In this document: positions 46,333 through 56,063 of the stretch, piece by piece
How positions within the stretch are numbered: position 1 is the stretch's first letter
Layout of the letters: each line of letters begins with the position of its first letter
NCBI GenBank assembly: GCA_022791315.1
Contig: JAAVYW010000060.1
Span: 12,290 to 76,289 of the forward strand
Length of the DNA stretch: 64,000 nucleotides
Direction of reading: 5' to 3'
DNA from: Oscillospiraceae bacterium
GTDB taxonomy: Bacteria > Bacillota > Clostridia > Oscillospirales > Ruminococcaceae
Translations under genes and position numbers: made by a program
The notes under the pieces: model-generated
The model's input: only the letters and a program-made list of their open reading frames with translations
Told to the model about the DNA's origin: nothing
The model's database searches: none

Positions 46333-47793
46333 TCATTGCATATTTGAACTCTTTTTTAACCGGGTTTGGCTATTTTTAGGCTGCCGCAGGGTCACCAGGA
46401 ACTCGCAGTACTCGTTCTCCACGCTGCGCACCACAATCTCCCCCCCGTGCAGGTTAATCACCGAGCGCACAATGTGCAGCCCCAGCCCCACGCCGGTCTT
46501 GTCCAGGCTGCGGGAGGTGTCGCTCTTGTAAAACCGGTCAAAAATCCGGGGCAGCTCCTCCTTGGAAATCCCCTTGCCGCTGTTGCGCACCCCGATACAC
46601 ACCGAGTTCCCCGAGGGCTGGAAGGAGAATTCCAAATATCCCCCCTGCCCAGTGAACTTCACCGCATTCTCCACCAGGTTATACATGGCCTGGTAAATCA
46701 AATCCTGGTCCCCTTCAATGTACACCTTGTCGCAGTCCAGCCCCCGGATATCCAGGTTTTTTTCCTCAATGCGCTGCTCAAAGGTGAAGATGATGCTGCA
46801 AATCACATCATGGATGTCGATAGAGGCGGGGTTCAGCTCCACCTCGCCCGATTCAATCTTGGCAATCCCCAGCATGGCCCGCACCAGCCGGGAGAGCCGC
46901 TTCACCTCTGAGGAGACAATCCTCAGATAGGCCTCCTGCCTCTCCGGGGGAATGGTGCCGTCCAGTATCCCGTCGATAAACCCACCAATGGTCGTCATGG
47001 GGGTCTTGAGCTCGTGGGACACATTGGCAATAAAGCTGCGGCGCATGGATTCCATCACCGAGAGGGAATCCGCCATGTTGTTAAAGGCCAGGGAGAGCTG
47101 CCCAATCTCATCCAGCCTGTCCACCTTCACCCGCTGGGAAAAGTCCCCCTTGCCAAAGCTCTGGGCCACCCTTGCCATGGTGGTAAGGGGCCTTGTCATC
47201 CGTCTCGTCACAAAGTAGAGCACAATAAACGAGACTGCCATCACCGTCACCGAGGCCAGCAAAAAGAGCTTCAGCGTGTGCATGGAGGAGAGGGTGAGCG
47301 ATTTTGCGCTGGTGGAGGCAAAGACCACCCCCAGCAGCTGCCCGTCCTCCAAAATCACCGGGGAAGCCACTGTGAAATACTGCCCCTTGTAAATCCCCCC
47401 TAAGAACCCCAGGTCAGAAAAAGAGCCGGCCTCGGCCTTTTCCAAAATCCGGTCGGGGATGGTGTAGGAGCGGTGGCGGCAGGCGTGCCCCTCCGTGCAC
47501 AGCAGGGTCTTTCCCTGGGCATCTGTGAGGAAAAACTCCGCATCGCAGGCCCCGGCCAGGATGCTGTAGGAGGCGGTCACAATCTCCCGCTCAATATAGC
47601 TTTGCCCGTTTTCCCAGTAATTATTGAGGGTCAGCGCCGCCGCAATATCCGTGTTCCGCTTAAGGAACTCGTATTTCTCCGCCCGGAAATTGTTGGAGGT
47701 CAGCACCAAAAAAGTGCCGCCTACAAACACCAGCGTCGCCATAATGAGCCCGGCGCAGATGGCAAAGTATTTAGAAAAAAGTGTATTTCTCAT
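46333..47793 (-). CDS. Sensor histidine kinase (two TM, HAMP, HisKA, HATPase_c)
   Basis: H-box FIANVSHELKTPM, and N, G1 and G2 boxes (GVGLGLHIV). Confidence 0.8.
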   Translation of the reverse strand: MRNTLFSKYFAICAGLIMATLVFVGGTFLVLTSNNFRAEKYEFLKRNTDIAAALTLNNYWENGQSYIEREIVTASYSILAGACDAEFFLTDAQGKTLLCTEGHACRHRSYTIPDRILEKAEAGSFSDLGFLGGIYKGQYFTVASPVILEDGQLLGVVFASTSAKSLTLSSMHTLKLFLLASVTVMAVSFIVLYFVTRRMTRPLTTMARVAQSFGKGDFSQRVKVDRLDEIGQLSLAFNNMADSLSVMESMRRSFIANVSHELKTPMTTIGGFIDGILDGTIPPERQEAYLRIVSSEVKRLSRLVRAMLGIAKIESGEVELNPASIDIHDVICSIIFTFEQRIEEKNLDIRGLDCDKVYIEGDQDLIYQAMYNLVENAVKFTGQGGYLEFSFQPSGNSVCIGVRNSGKGISKEELPRIFDRFYKSDTSRSLDKTGVGLGLHIVRSVINLHGGEIVVRSVENEYCEFLVTLRQPKNSQTRLKKSSNMQ

Positions 47794-48482
47794 TCTTTCA
47801 CTTCAAATTTATAGCCCACGCCCCAAACCGTCTTGAGGCTCCACTGGTCCGAGACCCCCTCCAGCTTTTCCCGCAGCCGCTTCACATGCACGTCCACTGT
47901 CCGGGAATCGCCGTAGTACTCAAAGCCCCAAACCTCGTCCAGCAGCTGGTCGCGGGTATACACCCGGTTGGGGTTGCTGGCCAGGTGGAAGAGCAGCTCC
48001 AGCTCCTTGGGGGGCGTGTCCACCACCCGCCCGTCCACTTTTAGCTCATAGCGGGTCATGTTCACCGTCAGCTTGTCATAGCCCACCTCTTTTACCTCTT
48101 CCTCTGTCTTCGCCGGCGAGGTACGCCGCAGCACGGCCTTCACCCGGGCCACAATCTCCTTGGCGTCAAAGGGCTTCACCACGTAGTCGTCTGCCCCCAG
48201 CTCCAGGCCCAGCACCTTGTCAAAGGTCTCGCCCTTGGCGGTGAGCATGATAATGGGCACCTCCGATTTTTTCCGGATTTCCCTGCACACCTGCCACCCG
48301 TCCAGCTTGGGCATCATCACGTCCAGGATAATCAAATCCGGCCCCTCCGAGGCAAAACGGGAGAGGGCCTCCTCCCCGTCATAGGCCAGCGCCACGGTAT
48401 ACCCGTCCTTTTCCATGTAGAGCCGCAGCAGCTCGCAGATGTTCTTGTCGTCGTCCACTATCAGGATTTTATTTGCCGCCAT
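47790..48482 (-). CDS. OmpR-family response regulator
   Basis: Start moved to MAANKILIVDDD. C-terminal winged helix (VWGVGYKF). 4-nt overlap with the kinase gene. Confidence 0.85.
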   Translation of the reverse strand: MAANKILIVDDDKNICELLRLYMEKDGYTVALAYDGEEALSRFASEGPDLIILDVMMPKLDGWQVCREIRKKSEVPIIMLTAKGETFDKVLGLELGADDYVVKPFDAKEIVARVKAVLRRTSPAKTEEEVKEVGYDKLTVNMTRYELKVDGRVVDTPPKELELLFHLASNPNRVYTRDQLLDEVWGFEYYGDSRTVDVHVKRLREKLEGVSDQWSLKTVWGVGYKFEVKE

Positions 48483-48690
48483 CCTTCTCTCACCCTTTCT
48501 GTTTGGCCGTCCGGCCTGTGGGGAAATCCCTATATCCTCTCCTATTATACAAGAATTCCATGTCAGATTAAAAGAGTTTTTGTAACTTTTCTTGAACAAT
48601 CTTTGAACCTTTTGAAGCCGCCCCCTGGCCGCAGAGATCCCAAACCCCAAACCCGCTTCCCGGCCCAGCTGCCCCATGCTCCCGCTCCCC

Positions 48691-49470
48691 CTAGCGGCCC
48701 CCAGCTCGGCCGGCCAAAAGGCACACCAGCCCCCCGGCCTGTCCCCCTCGCTCCTGCAAATACTCCTCCAGGCAAATGCCCCGTTCGTGGATTTCCGTAG
48801 CCGCCTCCACCCCTACATAGCGGTAGTGCCAAACCTCTTCTGCCGTGCCGGTAATCCCGGTCTTGTCCCCGGGATACCGGAAGATAAAGCCGTACCGGTA
48901 GCTGTTCTCCTGGAGCCAAAGATACACGTCATAGGTTGCCCCGTTGATATCCACCGCAGCGCCCAGCTGGTGCTCGCTGCACCCCGGCACAGCCACCCAC
49001 CGCTGCGTCTCCTCCCTGGCCTCCTGCTCCGAATAGCCCTGTTCCAGGTATTGGGCCATCCTGTCCTCATAGATTTCCCGCTGCTCCTCCTGTGTCCGGT
49101 ATCCCGATACCACAATGGGCAGCTGGCCCAGGTTCCCCTCCCTGGCCGCCTCCAGCATCTCCGTCAGGGGCCCGTAAAGGCGGGCGTCCACCTGCTCGCC
49201 CCCCTCCACCGCCACCAGCTCCACCTCATGCCCCTCCGGCACAGGGTTCCACCGGTTCACCAGCGTGAGGGGCCAGCTGCTGTCGCTGCCCTCCTCTCTC
49301 CCCGCCCCCGTATAGGCTGCCGGCGGGATTTTGGCTTTCCCCGCAGCGGCCCCGGCGGGCCTCCCCTGCAGGCTCCCCAGCAGCCCCAGGGCCAGCAGCG
49401 TCGCCAGCACCGCCCCTGCCAAATACCATCCCCGTTCTCTCTGTCTTCTCCTACCCCGTATCCTCTTCAT
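48691..49470 (-). CDS. vanY: VanY-type (M15B) D-Ala-D-Ala carboxypeptidase, membrane-anchored
   Basis: N-terminal TM segment. SEHQLGAAVD and WHYRYVG zinc-peptidase motifs. Confidence 0.7.
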   Translation of the reverse strand: MKRIRGRRRQRERGWYLAGAVLATLLALGLLGSLQGRPAGAAAGKAKIPPAAYTGAGREEGSDSSWPLTLVNRWNPVPEGHEVELVAVEGGEQVDARLYGPLTEMLEAAREGNLGQLPIVVSGYRTQEEQREIYEDRMAQYLEQGYSEQEAREETQRWVAVPGCSEHQLGAAVDINGATYDVYLWLQENSYRYGFIFRYPGDKTGITGTAEEVWHYRYVGVEAATEIHERGICLEEYLQERGGQAGGLVCLLAGRAGGR

Positions 49471-49562
49471 CTTCCTGCTCCTTTCCCGTTTAAAAAACCA
49501 TAGCGTCCTTACCAGTACCCATCCTACCAGATAAGAGCGCCATGGTTTTGAAGGGAAACGCG

Positions 49563-49584
49563 CGAAATTCCTAAGAAAATCCTA
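49563..49584 (-). promoter_or_regulatory. Tandem 11-bp direct repeats upstream of vanY (candidate VanR box)
   Basis: On the minus strand, TTAGGATTTTC TTAGGAATTTC, about 95-115 nt upstream of the vanY ATG. This is a head-to-tail repeat at one helical turn, as for OmpR-family sites. Confidence 0.45.
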
Positions 49585-49602
49585 ATTTTTCATTTTGCAG
49601 GG

Positions 49603-50736
49603 CTACAGGGTTTCCTCCCCCGCCGGGAGCTCCACCGTGAAGGTGACAGCGCCCCCCTTGCTCTGGGCCCGGATGTCCCCGCCGTGCAGCAGGACAATCT
49701 CCTTGGCAATTGCCAGCCCAAGCCCTGTGCCGCCGGTGTCCGATAGCCTTGCCTCATCCAGCCGGTAAAACTTGTCAAACAGCGCCGCCAGCTTCTCGGC
49801 GGGGATTTCCCCCCCTCTGTTCTGGAAGGAGACCGCAACCTTCCCCTCCCGCTGCTGGGCAAAAATCCTGATTTCCGTCCCCGGCTCGCTGTATGCCGCC
49901 GCATTTTTCAGCAGGTTGCCAAACACCCTTGCCAGCTTGTCCGCGTCGGCGCAGAGGGTCAGCCCCTCGTCCGCCTCTATCTCAACGGTGTTCCCCCGCC
50001 GGGAGAGCACCGGCGACAGCTCGTCTACCAGCTGCACCAGCATAAAGCAGAGGTTGAGCGGCTCCTTTGCCAGTGTAATCTGCCGGGAATTGTAGCGCGT
50101 AATCTCAAAGAACTCCCGCACCATCCCCTCCAGCCGGTATGCCTTTTCCAGCGTGATGCGCAGGTATTTCTCCCGCTGTTCCTCCGGCATGTCCGGCGCC
50201 TCTTCCAGCAGGTTCAGGTATCCAATCACCGAGGTGAGCGGGGTGCGGATATCGTGGGCAAGGTACATCACCAGCTCATCCTTCCGCTTCTCTGCCAGCG
50301 CGGCCTCTGCCTTGCGCCGCCCCAGCTCCTGCTTCACCGCGTTCAGCTTACGCTCAAAGGGCAGCATCTCCGGGGAGAGCCGGATTTGTTCCCCCTCGTC
50401 CGCCAACAGAACCTCCACCCCCTGGTTCATCTCTGCGAAATACCGGCTCATCCAGCGGAACAGCCGCCAGAGCAGCAGGAGGAACACCAGCACCATCGCC
50501 GCCGCAAAGTAGACTTCCCGGTATCCGCGGAAATACTCGTGGTAAATCCGAAAAGCCCTCTCGTGGTAAAAGCCCAGCCCCTCCAGCAGCCCCACCACCA
50601 CGTCCCCCAGCCGCTGCTTCCACAAAAACTGATACAGCCCCACCACAATTGCAACCGAAAGCAGGGCGTTGCCGCACACCCGCCGCATAATTTTTGCCCG
50701 GAACGCCGCAAACTCATCTTTTTCACTGTGTTTCAA
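49603..50736 (-). CDS. vanS: VanS-type sensor histidine kinase
   Basis: VMYLAHDIRTPLTSVIGYLNLLEEAPDMP...EFFEITRYN closely parallels my recollection of Tn1546 VanS. Start uncertain: TTG at 50736 overlapping the vanR stop, or ATG at 50688. Confidence 0.75.
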   Translation of the reverse strand: MKHSEKDEFAAFRAKIMRRVCGNALLSVAIVVGLYQFLWKQRLGDVVVGLLEGLGFYHERAFRIYHEYFRGYREVYFAAAMVLVFLLLLWRLFRWMSRYFAEMNQGVEVLLADEGEQIRLSPEMLPFERKLNAVKQELGRRKAEAALAEKRKDELVMYLAHDIRTPLTSVIGYLNLLEEAPDMPEEQREKYLRITLEKAYRLEGMVREFFEITRYNSRQITLAKEPLNLCFMLVQLVDELSPVLSRRGNTVEIEADEGLTLCADADKLARVFGNLLKNAAAYSEPGTEIRIFAQQREGKVAVSFQNRGGEIPAEKLAALFDKFYRLDEARLSDTGGTGLGLAIAKEIVLLHGGDIRAQSKGGAVTFTVELPAGEETL

Positions 50737-51427
50737 TTTTGTACCCCACTCCCCATATGGTCCTGATATACTTGGGCTTGTCCAAAGTGTCCCCCAGCTT
50801 TTCCCGCAAATGCCGGATATGGGCGGTGATGGTGTTGTTGGCCTTGCTGTAGTACTCATCCTGCCAAATCCGGTGAAAAAGCTCCTCTGCCCCCACCACC
50901 TTCCCCCGGTTTTCCAGGAGAATCCGCAGGATGGAGAACTCCGTAGGCGTCAAGGTGACTTCCCTTCCCCCCGCCATACACCGGTGGGCCTCCACATCCA
51001 GCTCCAAATCGCTGTGCAGGAGCACCCCCTTCCCCTCCCCGGGCGAATGCGCCGGGTTATACCGCTTGTAGCGGCGCAGCTGGGATTTCACCCGCGCCAC
51101 CAGTTCCAGCGGCCGGAACGGCTTGGTGACATAGTCGTCCGCCCCCAGGGCCAGCCCGTTGATTTTGTCAGTCTCCCCGTCCTTGGCCGTGAGCATGATG
51201 ATGGGGTACGTGTGCCTCTCCCTGATTTTCTGGCACAGGCAAAACCCGTCTATGTCCGGCAGCATAATGTCCAGCAGCGCCAGATCCAGCTCCGTTGTCC
51301 GGATACACGCCAAGGCCTCCTGCGCAGAATAGAATTTAAACACCGTGTAGTTTTCATTCTGCAAATACACCTCAATCAAATCCGCAATCTCCGCCTCGTC
51401 GTCCACTACCAATATTCTGTCCGCCAT
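50723..51427 (-). CDS. vanR: VanR-type OmpR-family response regulator
   Basis: ILVVDDEAEIADLIEVYLQNENYTVFKF...HTYPIIMLTAK...ITAHIRHLREK parallels VanR. Confidence 0.8.
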   Translation of the reverse strand: MADRILVVDDEAEIADLIEVYLQNENYTVFKFYSAQEALACIRTTELDLALLDIMLPDIDGFCLCQKIRERHTYPIIMLTAKDGETDKINGLALGADDYVTKPFRPLELVARVKSQLRRYKRYNPAHSPGEGKGVLLHSDLELDVEAHRCMAGGREVTLTPTEFSILRILLENRGKVVGAEELFHRIWQDEYYSKANNTITAHIRHLREKLGDTLDKPKYIRTIWGVGYKIETQ

Positions 51428-51755
51428 CCCATTCTCCCCTTTCCCGGTCTTCCCTCCAGTATACCCTCCAATCCCCCCTCTTTCCTCAATTTCCCCATGA
51501 GAAAAAGTGAAGATTTTCTTAAGCCCCCTCCCATTCTATCAAAATCCCCGCAAATAGCAACCTCTGCCCCCCTTTCAGGCCGTTGGGACAATCTGAAATC
51601 TCTCCCTTGCAAAGCGCCCAAGGGCAGGAAAATCCAAACGGTTCATCGGTAACGCCGGATTGATAGGAGTCTGCAAATCCCACCTTGCCCTCTGCGCCGA
51701 TTGGGTGTATAATTGCTTTGAACATCACCGCAGACGAAAAAGGAGCATGAAATCT

Positions 51756-52850
51756 ATGAAACTAGGAATTGTGGGCCTGCCCAACGTGGGCAAGAGCACC
51801 CTCTTCAACGCCATCACCAATGCCGGCGCCCAGAGTGCCAACTACCCCTTCTGCACCATTGAGCCCAACGTGGGCATGGTCACCGTACCCGACACCCGGC
51901 TGGACGTGCTGGCAAAGATGTACGACCCCGACAAATACACCCCCGCCACCATCGAGTTTGTGGACATCGCAGGCCTTGTCAAGGGCGCCTCCAAGGGCGA
52001 GGGCCTGGGCAACAAATTCTTAGCCAATATCCGGGAGGTAGATGCCATTGTCCACGTGGTGCGCTGCTTTGAGGACGACAACATTGTCCACGTGGAGGGC
52101 AGCGTAAACCCCAAACGGGACACCGAAATCATCAACCTGGAACTCATCTTCTCCGACCTTGACATGGTGGAGCGCCGCATTGACCGCGCCGCCAAAGCCG
52201 CCAAGGGGGATAAAAAATTTGCCGCCGAGGCGGAATTTTTTAAGGAATTAAAGGCCCACCTGGAGGAGGGCAAATCCGCCCGCTCCTTCCCCTATACCGA
52301 GGAGCAGCTGGAAATGATGCACGATACCCCCCTCCTCTCCGGCAAGCCCATCATCTATGCCGCCAACCTGAGCGAGGATGACTTCTCCCGCGGCGTGGAG
52401 AGCAATCCCCACTACCAGCAGGTCAAGGCCATCGCCCAGGACGAGCACGCCGGCACCCTGCCCATCTGCGCCCGCATGGAAGAGGAAATTGCCGACATGT
52501 CCTTAGAAGACAAAAAGCTCTTCCTCTCCGATTTGGGCCTGGAGCAGTCCGGCCTGGACCGCCTTATCCAGGAGTGCTATTCCCTCTTGGGCCTCATCTC
52601 CTATCTCACCGCCGGCAAGCAGGAGGTGCGTGCCTGGACCATCACCAAGGGCACCAAGGCCCCCCAGGCCGCTGGCAAAATCCACACCGACTTTGAAAAG
52701 GGCTTCATCCGCGCCGAGGTAGTGGCCTATGACGACCTCGTCTCCTGCGGCACCATGGCCGCCGCCAAGGAAAAGGGCCTAGTGCGCCTGGAGGGCAAGG
52801 ACTACGTCATGCAGGACGGCGACATCGTCCTCTTCCGCTTTAACGTCTGA
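51756..52850 (+). CDS. ychF: Redox-regulated ATPase YchF
   Basis: Start moved to MKLGIVGLPNVGKSTLFN. C-terminal TGS/YchF domain (DFEKGFIRAEV). Confidence 0.9.
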   Translation: MKLGIVGLPNVGKSTLFNAITNAGAQSANYPFCTIEPNVGMVTVPDTRLDVLAKMYDPDKYTPATIEFVDIAGLVKGASKGEGLGNKFLANIREVDAIVHVVRCFEDDNIVHVEGSVNPKRDTEIINLELIFSDLDMVERRIDRAAKAAKGDKKFAAEAEFFKELKAHLEEGKSARSFPYTEEQLEMMHDTPLLSGKPIIYAANLSEDDFSRGVESNPHYQQVKAIAQDEHAGTLPICARMEEEIADMSLEDKKLFLSDLGLEQSGLDRLIQECYSLLGLISYLTAGKQEVRAWTITKGTKAPQAAGKIHTDFEKGFIRAEVVAYDDLVSCGTMAAAKEKGLVRLEGKDYVMQDGDIVLFRFNV

Positions 52851-52976
52851 GCACCGGGAACACGGGAAAGGCCCGGCCCATAAGGCCCCCTTTCCCGCCT
52901 TCTCTTTTTAGAAAAGCACTGCCGGCCAAAAACGTAGAAAGCGCTTTGAACAGAACCAAGCGCTATAAAATCCGAT

Positions 52977-53365
52977 TTGGAGGGGCTCATTGTGAAAATA
53001 ATAGGGCTGCAAGACAGGCCCCCCATCTTGGTGCAGCAGTTATTAGAGGTATGGGAAAAATCAGGAGAGGCAACACACCTGTTCCTGTCAGACTGGGAAG
53101 GATTCAGCACAATGTCCCACAGGCGTTCACTGCTGTTGCACATCTCATCATGGCAGAAAATGAAGATGGGCGCCCGGTTGCTTTCATGGGAAAAGGGCTT
53201 GGGAAATGCCTGATGCAGTACGGTATCGAGCACTACAAGATTCAAGAATTAACCGTAAACGAACAAAATCCACAGGCCAAACGTTTTTGGCTTCCAAGCC
53301 TACAAAAAAGCGAGTACGACCAGCAGGGCCGTCCCTATCCCCTCGTATCTATGCGCCGTCCCTAA
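52977..53365 (+). pseudogene. Decayed GNAT acetyltransferase gene
   Basis: GNAT-like pieces are split between two frames (ORFs 52977-53213 and 52946-53365). The acetyl-CoA-binding segment is truncated (VAFMGKGLGKCL). Confidence 0.5.
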
Positions 53366-53444
53366 CCTGCGATTCCGATATTTTGGCGCATCACTTCAAA
53401 AAGCGGCATTGGCAGCGCCAATCTAAAAAGAAGTTCCCAGCCCC

Positions 53445-53473
53445 TTGACAATTATTAGGTACAGTAATATAAT
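53445..53473 (+). promoter_or_regulatory. Promoter of the EamA-like gene
   Basis: Perfect TTGACA-17 nt-TATAAT. Confidence 0.65.
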
Positions 53474-53504
53474 GAAGGTAAACAGAAGAAGAGGGGATTT
53501 CAAC

Positions 53505-53939
53505 ATGCAGCAGCTTCAAAGTATTTCCTGGATTATCTACGCCGTTCTCTCGGCAATTTTCGCGGCGCTCACCTCCATTTTAGCCAAGGTGGGCATCACG
53601 GGCCTCAACTCCAACTTAGCCACCGCCATCCGCACCGCCGTGGTGCTCCTGATGTCCTGGGGCATGGTGTTCGTGGTGGGTGCCCAGGGGGAAATCAAAA
53701 ACATCACCGGCAAGTCCTGGCTGTTCTTGGTGCTCTCCGGCCTTGCCACCGGCGCCTCCTGGCTTTGCTATTACAAGGCCATCCAGCTGGGTGATGTGTC
53801 CAAGGTAGTGCCCATTGACAAATTCAGTATCGTCCTCACCCTGGCTATGGCCTTCCTCTTCCTCCACGAACCCGTCACCCCCAAGGCCCTCATCGGCGCG
53901 GCGCTCATCACTGCCGGGACATTCGTGATGATTCTCTAA
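53505..53939 (+). CDS. EamA-like (DMT superfamily) small transporter
   Basis: Start moved to MQQLQSISW. Four to five TM segments with an EamA-type pattern. Confidence 0.65.
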   Translation: MQQLQSISWIIYAVLSAIFAALTSILAKVGITGLNSNLATAIRTAVVLLMSWGMVFVVGAQGEIKNITGKSWLFLVLSGLATGASWLCYYKAIQLGDVSKVVPIDKFSIVLTLAMAFLFLHEPVTPKALIGAALITAGTFVMIL

Positions 53940-54047
53940 AAATCAAAATGGCAGCAGCCCAGGAACCCTCCCGGCTGCCGCCATTTTCTGCCAAAATCCC
54001 CGCGTTTCCCCTCCCGGCCCAGGCTGAATGGAATAAAGCAATCCCCA

Positions 54048-54437
54048 ATGAAAGAGAGGCAAGGCTTTGTGGATATATACAAATTTTGGAAAGCTCTTTT
54101 AGGCCAAAATCCAGAGAATATCAGGGCCTACTTTGACAAGGACGCCTACATCAATTGGCACTGCACCAATGAGCATTTTAACGTAGAGGAATTCCTCCTT
54201 GCAAACTGTGAATACCCCGGCACCTGGGACGGTGAAGTAGAAAGAGTCGAAAAAACAAACGATTTATTTATTACAGTAACCCATGTATATCCCAGAGATA
54301 AAACGCTGTCCTTTCATGTAACCTCTTTTATCCAGGTTATTAACGATAAAATTGTAGCAGTCGATGAGTATTGGGCGGATGATGGCATTGCACCGAATTG
54401 GAGGCTGGATAAACAGATTGGAACGCCCATCCGCTAA
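54048..54437 (+). CDS. NTF2-like (SnoaL-type) protein
   Basis: 129 aa, alpha+beta cone-type sequence. Low GC. Confidence 0.5.
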   Translation: MKERQGFVDIYKFWKALLGQNPENIRAYFDKDAYINWHCTNEHFNVEEFLLANCEYPGTWDGEVERVEKTNDLFITVTHVYPRDKTLSFHVTSFIQVINDKIVAVDEYWADDGIAPNWRLDKQIGTPIR

Positions 54438-54518
54438 CTTCCCCGCCCGCCAACAAGCCCAAAAAGGCAGCCGCCCTGTCAAAGCGGCTGCCTTTTCCTG
54501 TCTGTGCCCTTCTTCTCC

Positions 54519-55364
54519 CTATTCTGCAAAGAGGTCAATGGCCCGCTTCCGGTCGCTCCCCTCTTTCAAGAGCGCCTTCAGCTGCCCCGCATCCCCCTCC
54601 GCAATAGCCTCCCGCACCTTCTGTAGGTTCTCTATGATGGTGTCAATCTCATCCAGCAAGGGGCCCTGGTTGCACAAAAAGAGTTCGGCCCACATCACTT
54701 CGTTGAGCCTTGCCACCCGCGTCAAGTCCTTGTAACTCCCGGCGCTGTATCCGTTGTGCCGGTCCGCCTCCGGGCTCTTGATGTAGGCGTTTGACACCAC
54801 ATGGGCCAGCTGAGAGGTAAAGGCAATCATCTTGTCGTGGTTTTCCGCGGTAGTCACCACCACTTTCCCAAATTCCAGCAGCCGGAAAACCCCCTTGAGC
54901 CCCTCCAGCAGGGCCTCGTCTGAGGCCTCAGTGGGCGTGAGAATCATGCTGGCCCCAGTAAAGAGGGAGGAGAGGGTATAGTCATACCCCGAGAACTCCC
55001 TTCCCGCCATGGGATGCCCCCCCACAAACCGCAGCCCCCTATCCGCACAAAACGGCCCCAGCTCGCGGCACACCAGCTGCTTCACCCCGCATAAATCCAT
55101 CACCAGGGTATTGGCCTGCATTGCATGGGCGTGTTGTTTCACAAATTCCACTGTCTGCCTGGGATAGAGGGCAACCATGATAAAATCCGCCTCCAGCACG
55201 GCCTCCACCCCCGCCCGGTCGATGGCCCCATCCCGCAGCGCCTTCTCCTCCACGCCCTTATCCAGGTCATACCCCGCCACCACGCAGTCCGCCATGCACC
55301 GCTTCACCGTCTTGGCCATGGACCCGCCAATGAGCCCCAGCCCCACAATCCCAACCATCTTCAT
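54519..55364 (-). CDS. tyrA: Prephenate dehydrogenase
   Basis: Start moved to MKMVGIVGLGLIGGS (Rossmann motif). GGHPMAG motif. Confidence 0.8.
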   Translation of the reverse strand: MKMVGIVGLGLIGGSMAKTVKRCMADCVVAGYDLDKGVEEKALRDGAIDRAGVEAVLEADFIMVALYPRQTVEFVKQHAHAMQANTLVMDLCGVKQLVCRELGPFCADRGLRFVGGHPMAGREFSGYDYTLSSLFTGASMILTPTEASDEALLEGLKGVFRLLEFGKVVVTTAENHDKMIAFTSQLAHVVSNAYIKSPEADRHNGYSAGSYKDLTRVARLNEVMWAELFLCNQGPLLDEIDTIIENLQKVREAIAEGDAGQLKALLKEGSDRKRAIDLFAE

Positions 55365-55540
55365 GCTCGCCTCTTTCCCTTTGGGTTCCATCTCCATCTA
55401 AACCTCCAATTCCAGGCCATTCTCCCCCACAGGCCTATCGCGCCATAGGAAAAATTTCCGGGCCAGCAAAGGCAAAGCCTGGGGCCGCCCTCCACGCAGC
55501 CCCTCCTCTGCCAGAACCTTTGCCAATGGCAAACAGGCCC

Positions 55541-55945
55541 TCACTCCCCCCTATAGCTCTTCATATGCTCCAAAATATGCCCAATGTTCCCCTCCCCCGC
55601 AAACTTTTCCAGGGAAAAGAAATCCTCGTCCATCCCCAGCCATTCCAGCGGGTTCTCCTCCCCCGCCACAGCAACCTCTTCCCGCAGCGTGCCCGCATAC
55701 ACCTCCAGCCGGCAGCCCTCGTCGTAATAGGTAAAATCCATCATATGGGCCAGGGTAATCTGCTCCCTGGTAATCCCCGTCTCCTCCCAGAGCTCCCGGT
55801 AGGCGGCTTCCAGCCCGTCCTCCCCCGGTTCCAGCTTTCCCCCCACCAGGTTATACTTTCCCCTGTATGGGTCCTTCCTCCGGTGGCAAAAGAGCAGCTT
55901 GCTCTCATCCGGCGTAAACACGGCAATCAAATTGACCTTCCTCAT
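55541..55945 (-). CDS. NUDIX hydrolase
   Basis: Nudix box GGKLEPGEDGLEAAYRELWEETG. Confidence 0.8.
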   Translation of the reverse strand: MRKVNLIAVFTPDESKLLFCHRRKDPYRGKYNLVGGKLEPGEDGLEAAYRELWEETGITREQITLAHMMDFTYYDEGCRLEVYAGTLREEVAVAGEENPLEWLGMDEDFFSLEKFAGEGNIGHILEHMKSYRGE

Positions 55946-56063
55946 CTGTCTTTCCTCCCCCTTGTCCCGTTTTAACCGGAAAAGGGGACGGGCCGCAGCT
56001 GCCGCAAGGGCAACTTGTCCGGCCCGCCCCTCTCAGGCACCCCGCCTGTCTCCCCGTCCGCCG

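Noticed and set aside
48691-51427. Calling this a vancomycin-resistance operon.
   Set aside because: Only the regulatory pair and a VanY-type carboxypeptidase are present. No ligase, VanH, VanX or VanT gene is in the window, so resistance cannot be inferred.
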